Source of the DNA: a candidate division FCPU426 bacterium
GTDB lineage: Bacteria; Oederibacteriota; Muellerivitia; Muellerivitales; Muellerivitaceae
Assembly: GCA_963847625.1 (NCBI GenBank)
Contig: CAWKAR010000003.1
Location: forward strand, 32,001 to 96,000
Reading direction: 5' to 3'
DNA length: 64,000 nt
Shown here: positions 18,151 through 27,722 of the stretch, in pieces
How positions within the stretch are numbered: the first letter of the stretch is position 1
Layout: each line of letters starts with the position of its first letter
The notes under the pieces: generated by a model
The model's database searches: none
Told to the model about the DNA's origin: nothing
What the model saw: only the letters and a program-made list of their open reading frames with translations
Translations under genes and position numbers: made by a program

Positions 18151-18801
18151 ATGAACTGGAAACCCTTATTTTATACCGCCCTATTCCTGGGCGTTTTTTT
18201 CATTGGACCTTTCAAGGACAGCAACCCCATCCATCGGGAGGGCGACCCACGCCCCTCCACATGGGACGAATTCAAAAAACTCGGCGGTGGAACACAATAC
18301 GATTGCGTTAAGGGAATCCCCCATAACGAGATATTCCTGGATTTTATCGACATGATCGGGAAATCCATCACGAAGGGGGCGGATTACAGCGACGGCTTTA
18401 CCGGCGGCAAGTCCTGGGGCGTCTGCAAGGATAAAACCACGAGCTATCTATTCGACGAGGACAAAAATTTGGTCCTGGTTATCAGGGACATTGACCCAAG
18501 GCGTTACAACCTGTTCCTTTCAAATATTTCTAATAAGTTTAATAAAGAGGGGATTTCCGGGGGTTCTTATGAAACCGGCGGCCCCTTAGGGGGCAAAGAA
18601 GTCCGGCACAAATACACCTTCAGAAGTTTCGAGCTTGAGGGGAGGATGATTTATTTATTCAAGGCCAGCGAGGTTTCCCAGGACGGCAAGGTGTTGAAAC
18701 ATACGGGAGCTGTTTTCTGTCCGAGGAGCTCCATCGAGAAATTGAAAACCGACATGAAAATGGAGCACCTCGATGCCCTCCAACGCAACCGGAAAGATTA
18801 A
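18151..18801 (+). CDS. Hypothetical exported protein
   Basis: AAGGAGG SD; N-terminal hydrophobic segment; 216 aa. Confidence 0.6.
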   Translation: MNWKPLFYTALFLGVFFIGPFKDSNPIHREGDPRPSTWDEFKKLGGGTQYDCVKGIPHNEIFLDFIDMIGKSITKGADYSDGFTGGKSWGVCKDKTTSYLFDEDKNLVLVIRDIDPRRYNLFLSNISNKFNKEGISGGSYETGGPLGGKEVRHKYTFRSFELEGRMIYLFKASEVSQDGKVLKHTGAVFCPRSSIEKLKTDMKMEHLDALQRNRKD

Positions 18802-18948
18802 GTGAAATCCAAGCAAATAAGGCCTTTCACGGTACACTTTTTGTGCAAAAAATTGCACATTTTTGGGTTAAATCTTCAGGAAAATCGGTAATATATCCGG
18901 CGATTCCCCTGTGAAACTTGTGTGCCACTCTATTAATAAGAATTTTAA

Positions 18949-20388
18949 ATGAACCAAAAAATTCTGGTTTTATACCACTACTACCACCCCGATGACATGG
19001 CGGGCGCTGTCATCTTCACGGACTTTTGCGAGGGGCTGGCCAAAAAAGGCCGGTTCCCCGGCGGAACCGGCACACCCAAAGCACGTGCCTCGTCTGGTGG
19101 ACTCGGCACAGGGGATTGGGAAGTGGAAGTTTGGCCCTCGAACCGGGCTTGCCACCATCCGGCAAGCTATCCGCTGAAACCGGAGATAAAGAACGGTGTT
19201 CTCATCCGCCGCGTCTGGCGGCCGTCCTTGCCCCAAAACCTCTTTTTTGTCCGTGTCCTCAATTCCCTTCTCATGCTCAAACTTTGGTGGCTGAGGCTGG
19301 CCTTCACCCCTTCCATGAAGCCGGACATCATCCTGATCGGCTCCGACCCCTTTTTATCCATCATGCTGGTCCCCTTTTTGAAATTCCTGCGGCCCAAGGC
19401 CAAGATCGTCCACTGGTGCTTCGTCCTCTTCCCCGAGGCGGCGGAGGCGGACAGGTTGATCGGAAAATTAAGCCCTTTCTTCAGTGCGCTCATGCCGCTC
19501 GTCAAACGGGGGTATTCCAAGTGCGACCTGGCCGCGGGCATGTGCCCATCCATGAAAGAACGCCTGGAACAATACCCCGTCAAGAAAACCGCCGCTTTCA
19601 CGCCTTGGGCCCTGGTGGAGCCGGCCCACAGCCTGCCTTACGACATGAAAGAGCGGATCGACCTGTTCGGCAATTGCCACCTGGGCCTGCTTTATTCCGG
19701 CAGTTTCGGCCGGCCCCATGACTTCTACCTCACCCTGAAACTGGCCCGCCTGATGGTAAGCCAATCGGGCTCCACCAGCAAACCGACCGCTGTTTTCACC
19801 TATGGGGTCCAGGAAAGCCATTCGTACGCGATAAAACTGGCGGTCAACCCGGAAGACACCAATATCCGTTTGGCCGGTTTCGCGCCCAAGGATAAACTTG
19901 CCGCCCGCCTTTCCGCCGCCGATATCCACCTGGTTTCCCTCCGCTCCGAATGGAACGGCATGATGGCGCCCGCCAAGTTCTTCGGCGCCCTGGCGGTGGG
20001 CCGGCCCATCCTGTTCGAAGGTTCGGCGGGCCGGGCCTCTCAATCTAATGGGCCCGGCACACCCAAGACTCGCGTCTCGATACCAAACCAATTTAACAAA
20101 GGGTTTGGCACAATCAAACCTAGTGCCTCGCCTGGTAGGCTCGGCACAGATGCTGGTGGCTTCGACGCAGGGGATTCCTGCATCGCCAAGTGGATCGAGG
20201 AATACCAGGTGGGCTGGGTTTTGCGGTACGACAACCTGGACGAGATTGCCGAAACGTTGAGGAAGTTTTCCAGGGATCACGCGAAAAAAGCCGACATGTT
20301 CAGGCACTGCCATAAAATCTACAAGGATCATTTCTCAAAGAGAATCATCATCGAACAGTGGGATAAAGAGCTTCGATCGCTTTTTTAA
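18949..20388 (+). CDS. GT4 (WbuB-like) glycosyltransferase with two in-frame repeat-derived insertions
   Basis: HYYHPD, LLYSGSFGRPH, ADIHLVSL...PAKFFGALAVGRPILF; inserts at 19048-19113 and 20029-20172. Confidence 0.88.
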   Translation: MNQKILVLYHYYHPDDMAGAVIFTDFCEGLAKKGRFPGGTGTPKARASSGGLGTGDWEVEVWPSNRACHHPASYPLKPEIKNGVLIRRVWRPSLPQNLFFVRVLNSLLMLKLWWLRLAFTPSMKPDIILIGSDPFLSIMLVPFLKFLRPKAKIVHWCFVLFPEAAEADRLIGKLSPFFSALMPLVKRGYSKCDLAAGMCPSMKERLEQYPVKKTAAFTPWALVEPAHSLPYDMKERIDLFGNCHLGLLYSGSFGRPHDFYLTLKLARLMVSQSGSTSKPTAVFTYGVQESHSYAIKLAVNPEDTNIRLAGFAPKDKLAARLSAADIHLVSLRSEWNGMMAPAKFFGALAVGRPILFEGSAGRASQSNGPGTPKTRVSIPNQFNKGFGTIKPSASPGRLGTDAGGFDAGDSCIAKWIEEYQVGWVLRYDNLDEIAETLRKFSRDHAKKADMFRHCHKIYKDHFSKRIIIEQWDKELRSLF

Positions 20389-20617
20389 TTTAGAAACCCT
20401 AATAAAAATCAAACCACAGAGTTAACGGAGTTATACGGAGTTAAAAAAATCTAAAAAGTCGTTTAAAATCAATATGCTTTACTCTGTTCCATCAGTGTAA
20501 CTCTGTGTTAAATGCCTTTTTGTTAGAGCCTCTTAAAAATGGAGAATTAAAAATTGCCGTTAAATCAACTACCGTTATAATCAGGCCTGTATTTCAACAT
20601 CCCCAGGGGGAACCACT

Positions 20618-21655
20618 ATGGCTTCACATCCGAAAAACCGCAAAAAATCCGGGCGCACCGCCTTCGTGACCGGCATCACGGGCCAGGACGGGTCCTGGCT
20701 TGCGGATTTGCTGTTGGAAAAGGGCTACAAAGTTTACGGCCTGATCCGGCGCTCCTCTTCCTTCAACACCGACCGCATCAGCCACATCTACCACAACCCC
20801 CAGGTCAACAACCGGAAATTTTTCCTGCGTTACGGGGACCTGTCCGATTCCTCGGGACTCGCGAAGCTCCTCCACCAGATCCAACCGGACGAGATCTACC
20901 ACCTCGGCTCCATGAGCCACGTGCGCGTCTCCTTCGACCTGCCCGAATACACAGGGGAAGTCACGGGGGTCGCCACCATGAAGCTGTTGGAAGCCATGCG
21001 GGTCGTCTGCCCGAAATCCCGCTTTTACAACGCCGCCAGCTCGGAACTGTTCGGCGGCCTGAACTGCCCCCCCAAGGGCTACAACGAAAAGAGCCCCTTT
21101 TACCCCCGGAGCCCCTATGCGGTCTCGAAGCTTTACTCCTACTGGTCCTCGAAAAACTACCGGGAGGCCTACGGCCTGCATATTTCCAACGGCATCCTCT
21201 TCAACCACGAGAGCGAGCGCCGGGGGGAAACCTTCGTCACCCGCAAAATCACAACCGCCGTGGGCCGGATCAAGGTGGGGCTCCAGAATTTCCTTTTCCT
21301 TGGCAACCTGGACGCGAAACGGGACTGGGGCGACGCCAAGGAATACGTGCGGGCCATGTGGATGATGCTCCAGCAGAAAAAACCGGACGATTACGTCATT
21401 GCCACGGGCGAGACCCATTCGGTCAAGGAATTCCTGGAGGAAGCCTTCAGTTACGCCGGCCTTGATTGGAAACAATACGTGAAGTTCGACCCCCGCTACC
21501 TGCGGCCCACCGAGGTGGATTACCTCAAGGGCGACGCTTCCAAGGCCTACCGGGTTTTCGGCTGGAAAAACAAGACCACGTTCAAGCAGTTGGTGCACCG
21601 GATGGTGGACCACGATATGAATAATATCGACCTCGGTAGTAAAGGGGACGCTTAA
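20618..21655 (+). CDS. gmd: GDP-mannose 4,6-dehydratase
   Basis: [59 protein letters not shown]. Confidence 0.97.
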   Translation: MASHPKNRKKSGRTAFVTGITGQDGSWLADLLLEKGYKVYGLIRRSSSFNTDRISHIYHNPQVNNRKFFLRYGDLSDSSGLAKLLHQIQPDEIYHLGSMSHVRVSFDLPEYTGEVTGVATMKLLEAMRVVCPKSRFYNAASSELFGGLNCPPKGYNEKSPFYPRSPYAVSKLYSYWSSKNYREAYGLHISNGILFNHESERRGETFVTRKITTAVGRIKVGLQNFLFLGNLDAKRDWGDAKEYVRAMWMMLQQKKPDDYVIATGETHSVKEFLEEAFSYAGLDWKQYVKFDPRYLRPTEVDYLKGDASKAYRVFGWKNKTTFKQLVHRMVDHDMNNIDLGSKGDA

Positions 21656-21720
21656 CAGCAAAACAAGTTTGGAGTGATGAGTTAGGAATTAACGACAGAA
21701 CAATAGAAAATAGATACATA

Positions 21721-21789
21721 ACGGACGCCGGCCGCAACCTGACCCGCGCGAAGAACGCGGAGGATATGTTCCGTGAATTGGGTGTTTAA
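21721..21789 (+). pseudogene. C-terminal remnant of a DinJ/RelB-type antitoxin
   Basis: TDAGRNLTRAKNAEDMFRELGV*, stop overlapping the toxin ATG; no start or N-terminal domain upstream. Confidence 0.6.
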
Positions 21790-22058
21790 TGCTCCATCCC
21801 GCGTTCACGAGCCAATTCCGCCGCGACCTAAAATTGGTGATCCGGCGGGGTAAATCCCCGGATAAATTCAAGGAAATAGCCGGTCTCCTAATCGAGGAAC
21901 GTCCCTTGGAAACCCGCCACCGCAATCACAAACTCTCAGGCCATTTTCAAGACCGCCGGGAGCGCCATATCGAGCCGAATTGGCTTTTGATCTATAAGCT
22001 ATCCGGAAATGAAATTATTTTCGAGCGTACCGGCTCCCATTCCGATCTGTTCGAATAA
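21789..22058 (+). CDS. yafQ: YafQ family mRNA interferase toxin
   Basis: TSQFRRDLK, RNHKLSG, HIEPNWLLIY, FERTGSHSDLF. Confidence 0.88.
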   Translation: MLHPAFTSQFRRDLKLVIRRGKSPDKFKEIAGLLIEERPLETRHRNHKLSGHFQDRRERHIEPNWLLIYKLSGNEIIFERTGSHSDLFE

Positions 22059-22150
22059 ACCCCGCGCGCAAAGAGAATAAAAAATACAACTTAAAGTAGT
22101 CCCCGCTCGATATAATCCTTAATCACAAATCATAAAAAAGGACAAAACCC

Positions 22151-23095
22151 ATGGACAAGAAATCGAAAATCTACGTGGCCGGGCACAAGGGCCTCGTCGG
22201 AAGCGCCCTGGTGCGCTGTTTGGAAGCCCATGGGTATGACAACCTGGTTGTCCGCACCCACGCCGAGCTCGACCTGGTCCGCCAGGCCGCTGTGGACGCC
22301 TTCTTCCAGAAGGAAAACCCGGACGTCGTGTTCCTGGCCGCCGCCCGGGTGGGCGGGATCCTCGCCAACGAAAGCTTCCAGGCCGAGTTCATCTACAACA
22401 ACCTGGTCATCCAGGCCAACGTGCTGGAGGCGGCCTACCGCGGCGGCGCCAAGGAACTCCTCTTCATGGGCAGTTCCTGCATCTACCCCAACGACAAGAA
22501 CGTGGCCATCAAGGAGACCGACTTCATGAACGGGCCCCTGGAAAAGACCAACGACGCCTATGCCATCGCCAAGATCGCCGGCATCAAGGCCTGCGACGCT
22601 TACCGGCGCCAGTACGGGGTGCGCTACATCGCCGTCATGCCGACCAACCTTTACGGCCCCAACGACAATTACGACCTCCAGGAAGCCCACGTGCTTCCGG
22701 CCCTGATGCGCAAGTTCCACGAGGCGAAGCTGAAGAACAGCCCCACCGTGACCATGTGGGGCACCGGCACCCCCAAGCGGGAGTTCCTTCACGTGGACGA
22801 CCTGGCGGACGCCTGCCTGCACATCCTGCTGAACTACAAGGGCACCGACATGCTCAACGTCGGGTGCGGCGAGGACCTGACCATCCGCGAGCTGGCCGAG
22901 AAGATCGCCAAGACGGTGGGTTACCAGGGCAAGATCGTGCTGGATTCGACCAAGAAGGACGGCACGATGCGCAAACTCCTGGACATCAGCCGCCTCAAGG
23001 CGCTGGGCTGGGCCCCCAAAGTTTCCCTGGACGAGGGCTTGAAGCTGACCTACGCGGCCATGCAGAAGGAATTCGCCGAAGGAAACTGGAAATAA
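22151..23095 (+). CDS. fcl: GDP-L-fucose synthase
   Basis: AGHKGLVGSA, AAARVGGI, GSSCIYP, YAIAK, MPTNLYGPND, WGTGTPKREFLHVDD. Confidence 0.97.
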   Translation: MDKKSKIYVAGHKGLVGSALVRCLEAHGYDNLVVRTHAELDLVRQAAVDAFFQKENPDVVFLAAARVGGILANESFQAEFIYNNLVIQANVLEAAYRGGAKELLFMGSSCIYPNDKNVAIKETDFMNGPLEKTNDAYAIAKIAGIKACDAYRRQYGVRYIAVMPTNLYGPNDNYDLQEAHVLPALMRKFHEAKLKNSPTVTMWGTGTPKREFLHVDDLADACLHILLNYKGTDMLNVGCGEDLTIRELAEKIAKTVGYQGKIVLDSTKKDGTMRKLLDISRLKALGWAPKVSLDEGLKLTYAAMQKEFAEGNWK

Positions 23096-23618
23096 AAACA
23101 GGTGAACTACTAACTGCCAATTGCGTACTACTTTCTTTTTTTCGGCCCCTTCAATCAAGCCTCCATCTAATCAATGGGGTTTTGTTTATAAATGAGAGGA
23201 CGCTTGCTCGCTCCACACATTCCCCTGTGGGTTTTTTTATATAGGTCTTTTATCTAGGTTCCATTTGCATCTCAGAGAGCTACAGGCTTACAGGGTTCCC
23301 CTTACGCTCATTTGAGTTTAATTTGGCGGGCCATTTGGTTTAGGTTTTCATGAAGGAGCCGTGGGTTTTAAAAGCACAACTGTTTAAAGTCTTTTTTCTT
23401 TACCCAATCTAAATGCATCCCCTGAATCCGTGGCTAAGCTGTAGTTTTCATTTTTTCGTCCCCATTCAATCAGCGCAGAGCGCTCGTATACCAATTTCTT
23501 TGAAATATTCAAAGTGATATTGGCACTACGTTACCCCGGCTTAAAATGTAAGGCATATTTATAAATTTTGGGATTTACTTACTTAACCCCCTTTTGCCGG
23601 AGGGTGTATTTGTCATTG

Positions 23619-23894
23619 TGCCGATTTTCATTAATGAAATAATATTCAATTGAAACCGGTACTATACCGACCTCTTTAATATCTTTATGAAAAGTCGGCA
23701 TGCGAGGAACGAACTTTGTCCCTGCCACACGCTGTGCCAATTCACCATAAAGCAGTTAATGAAATTGGAACCATACCGAACTTTCATTGAAAGCCTAATG
23801 GAGGTTCGGCATGTGCCGATTCTCATAATTAAAATAATAAAAGGAAATCGGTACGATACCAGCCCCAATATTATCTTTATAAAAGGCTGGCATG
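23619..23894. mobile_element. Cluster of three hairpin doublets (23619-23700, 23735-23811, 23814-23892)
   Basis: Each is TG-[TGCC..GGWAC.ATACC..GGCA]-TG; the last two split the element CTGCCACACGCTG|CGGTGCGTGGGGC, which is intact at 8762-8788 and ~25767-25791 (reverse). Confidence 0.8.
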
Positions 23895-24000
23895 CGGTGC
23901 GTGGGGCCGGGGATTTTAAAAAAATTCCTAACTACTAACTTCTCATGCCTAATTTATTTTGCCGCCGGTAGGCGGCATCCGTGTTTGATATAATGCGCGC

Positions 24001-25713
24001 ATGAAAATCACCGAGCTTCCACGGCTGTGGCGCACCATGCGCCCCTTGAAAACCTCCCAGCTTTTCTGGCGCCTCCGCTACCACTGGGAAAAAAGAAGGC
24101 CCGCCCGCGTGGCGGCCTACCGCCCCCCCGCACCCCCGGTTTTAAGGGGCGAAAAAACTCCCTACCTGCCAACCCCCGGGCCGATGTCCCCCGCCTGGAT
24201 CGGGGAATTTTCCAAAGGGATCTGGCAACTCCTGAACCAGGTCAAAAGCCTGGGAACGCCGCCCCAATGGCTTTTGGGGGATTTGACCCAAGACCGCCTC
24301 TGGGCCGTCCATTTGCACACCCATCAGTGGGTTTACGGCCTGGCCGCTGCCAGCAAGACCCAACCGGCCGTCCCCGGCCTGTTGAGGCTCTGCCTGAGCA
24401 ACTGGCTCGCGGTCTGCGGCCTGGAAAAACCGGGCGCCAGGGCCACGGCCTGGAGCCCTTACGTGACCGCCACGCGCATCGGCTGGTGGGTGAGGGCCTA
24501 CCTGGAACTGGAAAAATCCTTTTGGGAGCCCGACCCCGAGCTGGAAAAAATCTTCCTGGAATCCCTTTGGACTCAGGCTTCCTACCTCCATTCGCACATC
24601 GAATGGGACCTGAGGGGAAACCACCTGATGCGGGACGCCGTGGGATTGGCCTGGGCCGGGTGGTTCTTCCAGGGGCCGGAGGCGGACCAATGGCGCGAAA
24701 CCGCGGCCAAGCTCGCCTTTTCCCAGGCCCAGGAGCAGGTCCTTCCCGACACCGGGCATTTCGAGCGCAGTCCCATGTACCACATCCAATTCATGGAGGA
24801 CCTGTGGGCGCTTTCCCGCCTCCTGAAAAATGAGGAGGACCAAAAATCACTGCGAAAGACTCTCAAAGCCATGACAGCATTCCTAGCCTGGGCGCGCTAT
24901 CCCGACGGAAGCATCCCTCTTCTCAACGACGGCGCCCTCAACGGGGCCATGCCCGCCCGGAACATGCTGGACCTGTTGGAGGTCAGCGCGGCTATTCCCA
25001 CCGGGGGCCTTTTATTCCCGAATTTCGGGTTGGCGGTCTGGCACGGGGACCCCTTCAGTGCCTTTTTCGACGTGGGCGAGGTGGGCCCGGACGTCCAACC
25101 CGGGCATGCCCACGCCGACACCCTTTCCATCGGATGTTCCTACAAGGGCCAGCGCTTGTTCGTGGACCCCGGCACCTTCGCTTACGACCCGGATGGCCGG
25201 CGGCGGTATGACCGCGCCACCTCATCCCACAACACTGTGGCTCTGGACGGGAAGGATTCCTCAGAGGTTTGGCACATCTTCCGGGTGGGCCGCAGAGCCA
25301 GGCCCACGGTGGTTTCCGACAAGTTCCCCAAGGATTTTTTCCAGGTTCTCGCGCGCCACGACGGCTACCGCTACCTCCGAGGCCGGCCCGTCCACGAGCG
25401 CCTGGTGCAAACGGCCAACGGCAAGGCCCTGGAGATCACCGATACCGTGGGCGGGAGGGGTTTCCATAAAATATCCGGCGGGTTCCTTCTCGCGCCCGGC
25501 TGGAACGCCGTGCAAAACCTCCAGGGCTGGTCCCTGGATTTCGGCCCCTTCCGCCTGTACATCCCGGTGACGGGGCCTACCGGCGTCCGGTTCGACGTGG
25601 AAAAAGCGCCGTTTCATCCCGCCTACGGCGTGGAAATAAACACCCAGCGCCTGGTTTGGTCCTGGGAAGGCAAACTTCCCTTCCGGATTTCCCTGAAAGT
25701 GGAAGAGGGGTAG
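24001..25713 (+). CDS. Heparinase II/III-like protein (polysaccharide locus type)
   Basis: IEWDLRGNHL, EQVLPDTGHFERSPMYH, PLLND, PGHAHADTLS, VDPGT, TSSHNTV. Confidence 0.88.
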   Translation: MKITELPRLWRTMRPLKTSQLFWRLRYHWEKRRPARVAAYRPPAPPVLRGEKTPYLPTPGPMSPAWIGEFSKGIWQLLNQVKSLGTPPQWLLGDLTQDRLWAVHLHTHQWVYGLAAASKTQPAVPGLLRLCLSNWLAVCGLEKPGARATAWSPYVTATRIGWWVRAYLELEKSFWEPDPELEKIFLESLWTQASYLHSHIEWDLRGNHLMRDAVGLAWAGWFFQGPEADQWRETAAKLAFSQAQEQVLPDTGHFERSPMYHIQFMEDLWALSRLLKNEEDQKSLRKTLKAMTAFLAWARYPDGSIPLLNDGALNGAMPARNMLDLLEVSAAIPTGGLLFPNFGLAVWHGDPFSAFFDVGEVGPDVQPGHAHADTLSIGCSYKGQRLFVDPGTFAYDPDGRRRYDRATSSHNTVALDGKDSSEVWHIFRVGRRARPTVVSDKFPKDFFQVLARHDGYRYLRGRPVHERLVQTANGKALEITDTVGGRGFHKISGGFLLAPGWNAVQNLQGWSLDFGPFRLYIPVTGPTGVRFDVEKAPFHPAYGVEINTQRLVWSWEGKLPFRISLKVEEG

Positions 25714-25750
25714 CGCGGATCCACGAACGTCTTACTTTTTTTCGCCTGTT

Positions 25751-26079
25751 TTTTAAAACCCCCCGGCCCCACGCACCGCAGCGTGTGGCAGTGCCTTCAT
25801 GAAAGCCCAAACCAAAGAAGACAATTAACAATGAACAATGGATAATGGAAAATGAATGTTAAAAGCATTTTTTCGCAACTTATTAATGCGGTTAATTGTC
25901 AATTGTCCATTGTAAATTCTTCATTTTTTTGGTGGGGAATGTGTGGAGCGAGCCAGCGTCCTCTCGCTTGATAACAAATCCCCATTGCAAATATGCCTTA
26001 CGTTTTATGCCGGGGTAACGTAGGGGGTATTTCCACTACGAGCGCTCTGCGCTGATTGATGGGAGCGAAAAAAAGAAAG
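25751..26079 (-). repeat. ~300-bp repeat, left copy of an inverted pair
   Basis: Reverse complement of 27723-28024 plus a 25-bp insert. Confidence 0.85.
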
Positions 26080-26194
26080 CTGTTCGCAGTGTTGCAACTT
26101 CAGTTTATGGATGTTTTTCGATTTGTTCTTTTATGAAGGGACCGGGGTTTATAAAAAACTGGCAAAGGCGTTAAAACCCCGCATTTTCGCAGCC

Positions 26195-26232
26195 TTGACA
26201 ACTTGACCTCTTTAGGTCATCATTAGGTCATG
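26195..26232 (+). promoter_or_regulatory. Probable vapBC promoter/operator
   Basis: TTGACA, 17 nt, CATCAT; overlapping inverted repeat TGACCT-N4-AGGTCA and direct repeat TTAGGTCAT ending at the ATG. Confidence 0.6.
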
Positions 26233-26499
26233 AAAAACACCGATAAAAATTCCGTGCGGTTGGCCGACTTCAAGGCCCACTTGAGCCGGTATATCCGCGG
26301 CGTCCGCCAGGGCCGCCCCTTGACCCTCCTTGACAGGCAAATGCCGGTGGCGCAGGTCGTCCCTTATTCCGAGAAGCCGGGGAAATTGGCGGTCCGCCCC
26401 GCCATCCGCAAGAGCGGCCAGGTCCGTTTCCCTGCGCCGCCCGGGAAACGGCTGGATGTGGTCCGCTTCGCCGCGGAGGAACGGCAGAGGTACCGTTGA
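26230..26499 (+). CDS. Phd/YefM-type antitoxin
   Basis: SVRLADFKAHLSRYIRGVRQG....LDRQMPVAQVVP. Confidence 0.88.
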   Translation: MKNTDKNSVRLADFKAHLSRYIRGVRQGRPLTLLDRQMPVAQVVPYSEKPGKLAVRPAIRKSGQVRFPAPPGKRLDVVRFAAEERQRYR

Positions 26500-26912
26500 A
26501 CGCATACTTGGAGACATCCGTCGTATTGAGGCTCCTCTTGGGGCAACCGGACGCCTTGAAAGAGTGGGCGGATTACGAAAACCGGGTCGGCAGTTCTCTG
26601 GTGGAAGTAGAATGCCTGCGGACCCTGGACCGCATGAGGCTCAATGGGTTAATCTCGGAGGAACAATCCCAGGAATACCGGGGCGCCCTGTACGAATTCC
26701 TGGAAACGCTGGAGTTGGTCGAGCCGTCCAGCCCCATCCTTCGCAGGGCGTCCGGGTCCTTTCCCACGGCCCTCGGCACCCTGGATGCCATCCACCTTTC
26801 CACGGCCCTGGCTTGGCAGGACGAGCGCCTGGCCCCGCTGACCGTGGCCACTCACGACAAGTCTTTCGGGAAAGCAGCCCGGGCTTTGGGATTCAAAACC
26901 GCCGGGTTTTAA
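26496..26912 (+). CDS. vapC: PIN-domain (VapC) toxin
   Basis: AYLETSVVL, LVEVE, LGTLDAIHLSTA, ATHD; overlaps the antitoxin stop. Confidence 0.88.
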   Translation: MNAYLETSVVLRLLLGQPDALKEWADYENRVGSSLVEVECLRTLDRMRLNGLISEEQSQEYRGALYEFLETLELVEPSSPILRRASGSFPTALGTLDAIHLSTALAWQDERLAPLTVATHDKSFGKAARALGFKTAGF

Positions 26913-26947
26913 TTTTGAATTATAGAAAGGCATGGTAAAACATACAC

Positions 26948-27568
26948 ATGTTCCAAAAACACAGTTCGCGCAATTCATACCCCAGGATTGATTTTCGCTT
27001 TCTCCGGAGGAAAATTTTCCTAATTCCCTTTTTCCTCCTGGCGGTTGCTTTTATCCTCCAGTCCGCCTATTTCCTCATCGTTTTCGCCAGCAAACCCAGC
27101 CCGGAAAACCCCGACCTGGTCGTGGTTTACAGCGGCGTTTTCAAGTCCACCCAGCACGGCCTGGAGCTGGCCCGCCAGTTCAAATGCCCCGCTTACTTCT
27201 CAGAAAGCATCCAAACCGTCCGTTCCCTCATCGATCCGATAGCCGACAAGAACCTGAACATCACCTGCGACCCCCGGGCCCATACCACGGACCAGAACGC
27301 CCGTTATACAGCGCCCTTTATCCGCAGGGGCGGATACCGGCGCGTGGCGCTGGTCACCGCCTGGTTCCACGAACCCCGGGCCCTGTTCCTCACCCGGCTG
27401 TCCCTGTTGTTTACGGGCGCCAAAGTGGCGCCTTATCCCAACGAACCCACCCCGAATTGGTTTTGGATGTCGCGCGATTTTTGGGTGGAGATCTTCAAGT
27501 TTTGGGGAAGCCTGTTCAGGGTGGGTTTGCACCTGGTGGGCATAGAGAACTGGCCGGTTCATTCTTAA
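26948..27568 (+). CDS. YdcF/ElyC/SanA (DUF218) family protein
   Basis: TM anchor, DLVVVYSG, AHTTDQNA, LVTAWFHEPRA. Confidence 0.8.
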   Translation: MFQKHSSRNSYPRIDFRFLRRKIFLIPFFLLAVAFILQSAYFLIVFASKPSPENPDLVVVYSGVFKSTQHGLELARQFKCPAYFSESIQTVRSLIDPIADKNLNITCDPRAHTTDQNARYTAPFIRRGGYRRVALVTAWFHEPRALFLTRLSLLFTGAKVAPYPNEPTPNWFWMSRDFWVEIFKFWGSLFRVGLHLVGIENWPVHS

Positions 27569-27722
27569 AGACAGACCGTTAGAAGTTAGCCCCAACTGTT
27601 TTTTGACAGTTGGGACAACCAAGTCTCGCCATTCGCCTTGCAGGCTCATGGCAGGTGCAGTTAGAAGTTAAACCCAAATCGAAAACCATCCATAAATAGG
27701 GTTGCTTCCTCACCGCGTACTA

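Noticed and set aside
20624..23158. Long antisense ORFs opposite gmd and fcl (and similar ones opposite other GC-rich genes)
   Set aside because: Expected shadow ORFs from high GC3 codon bias; the sense genes are unambiguous.
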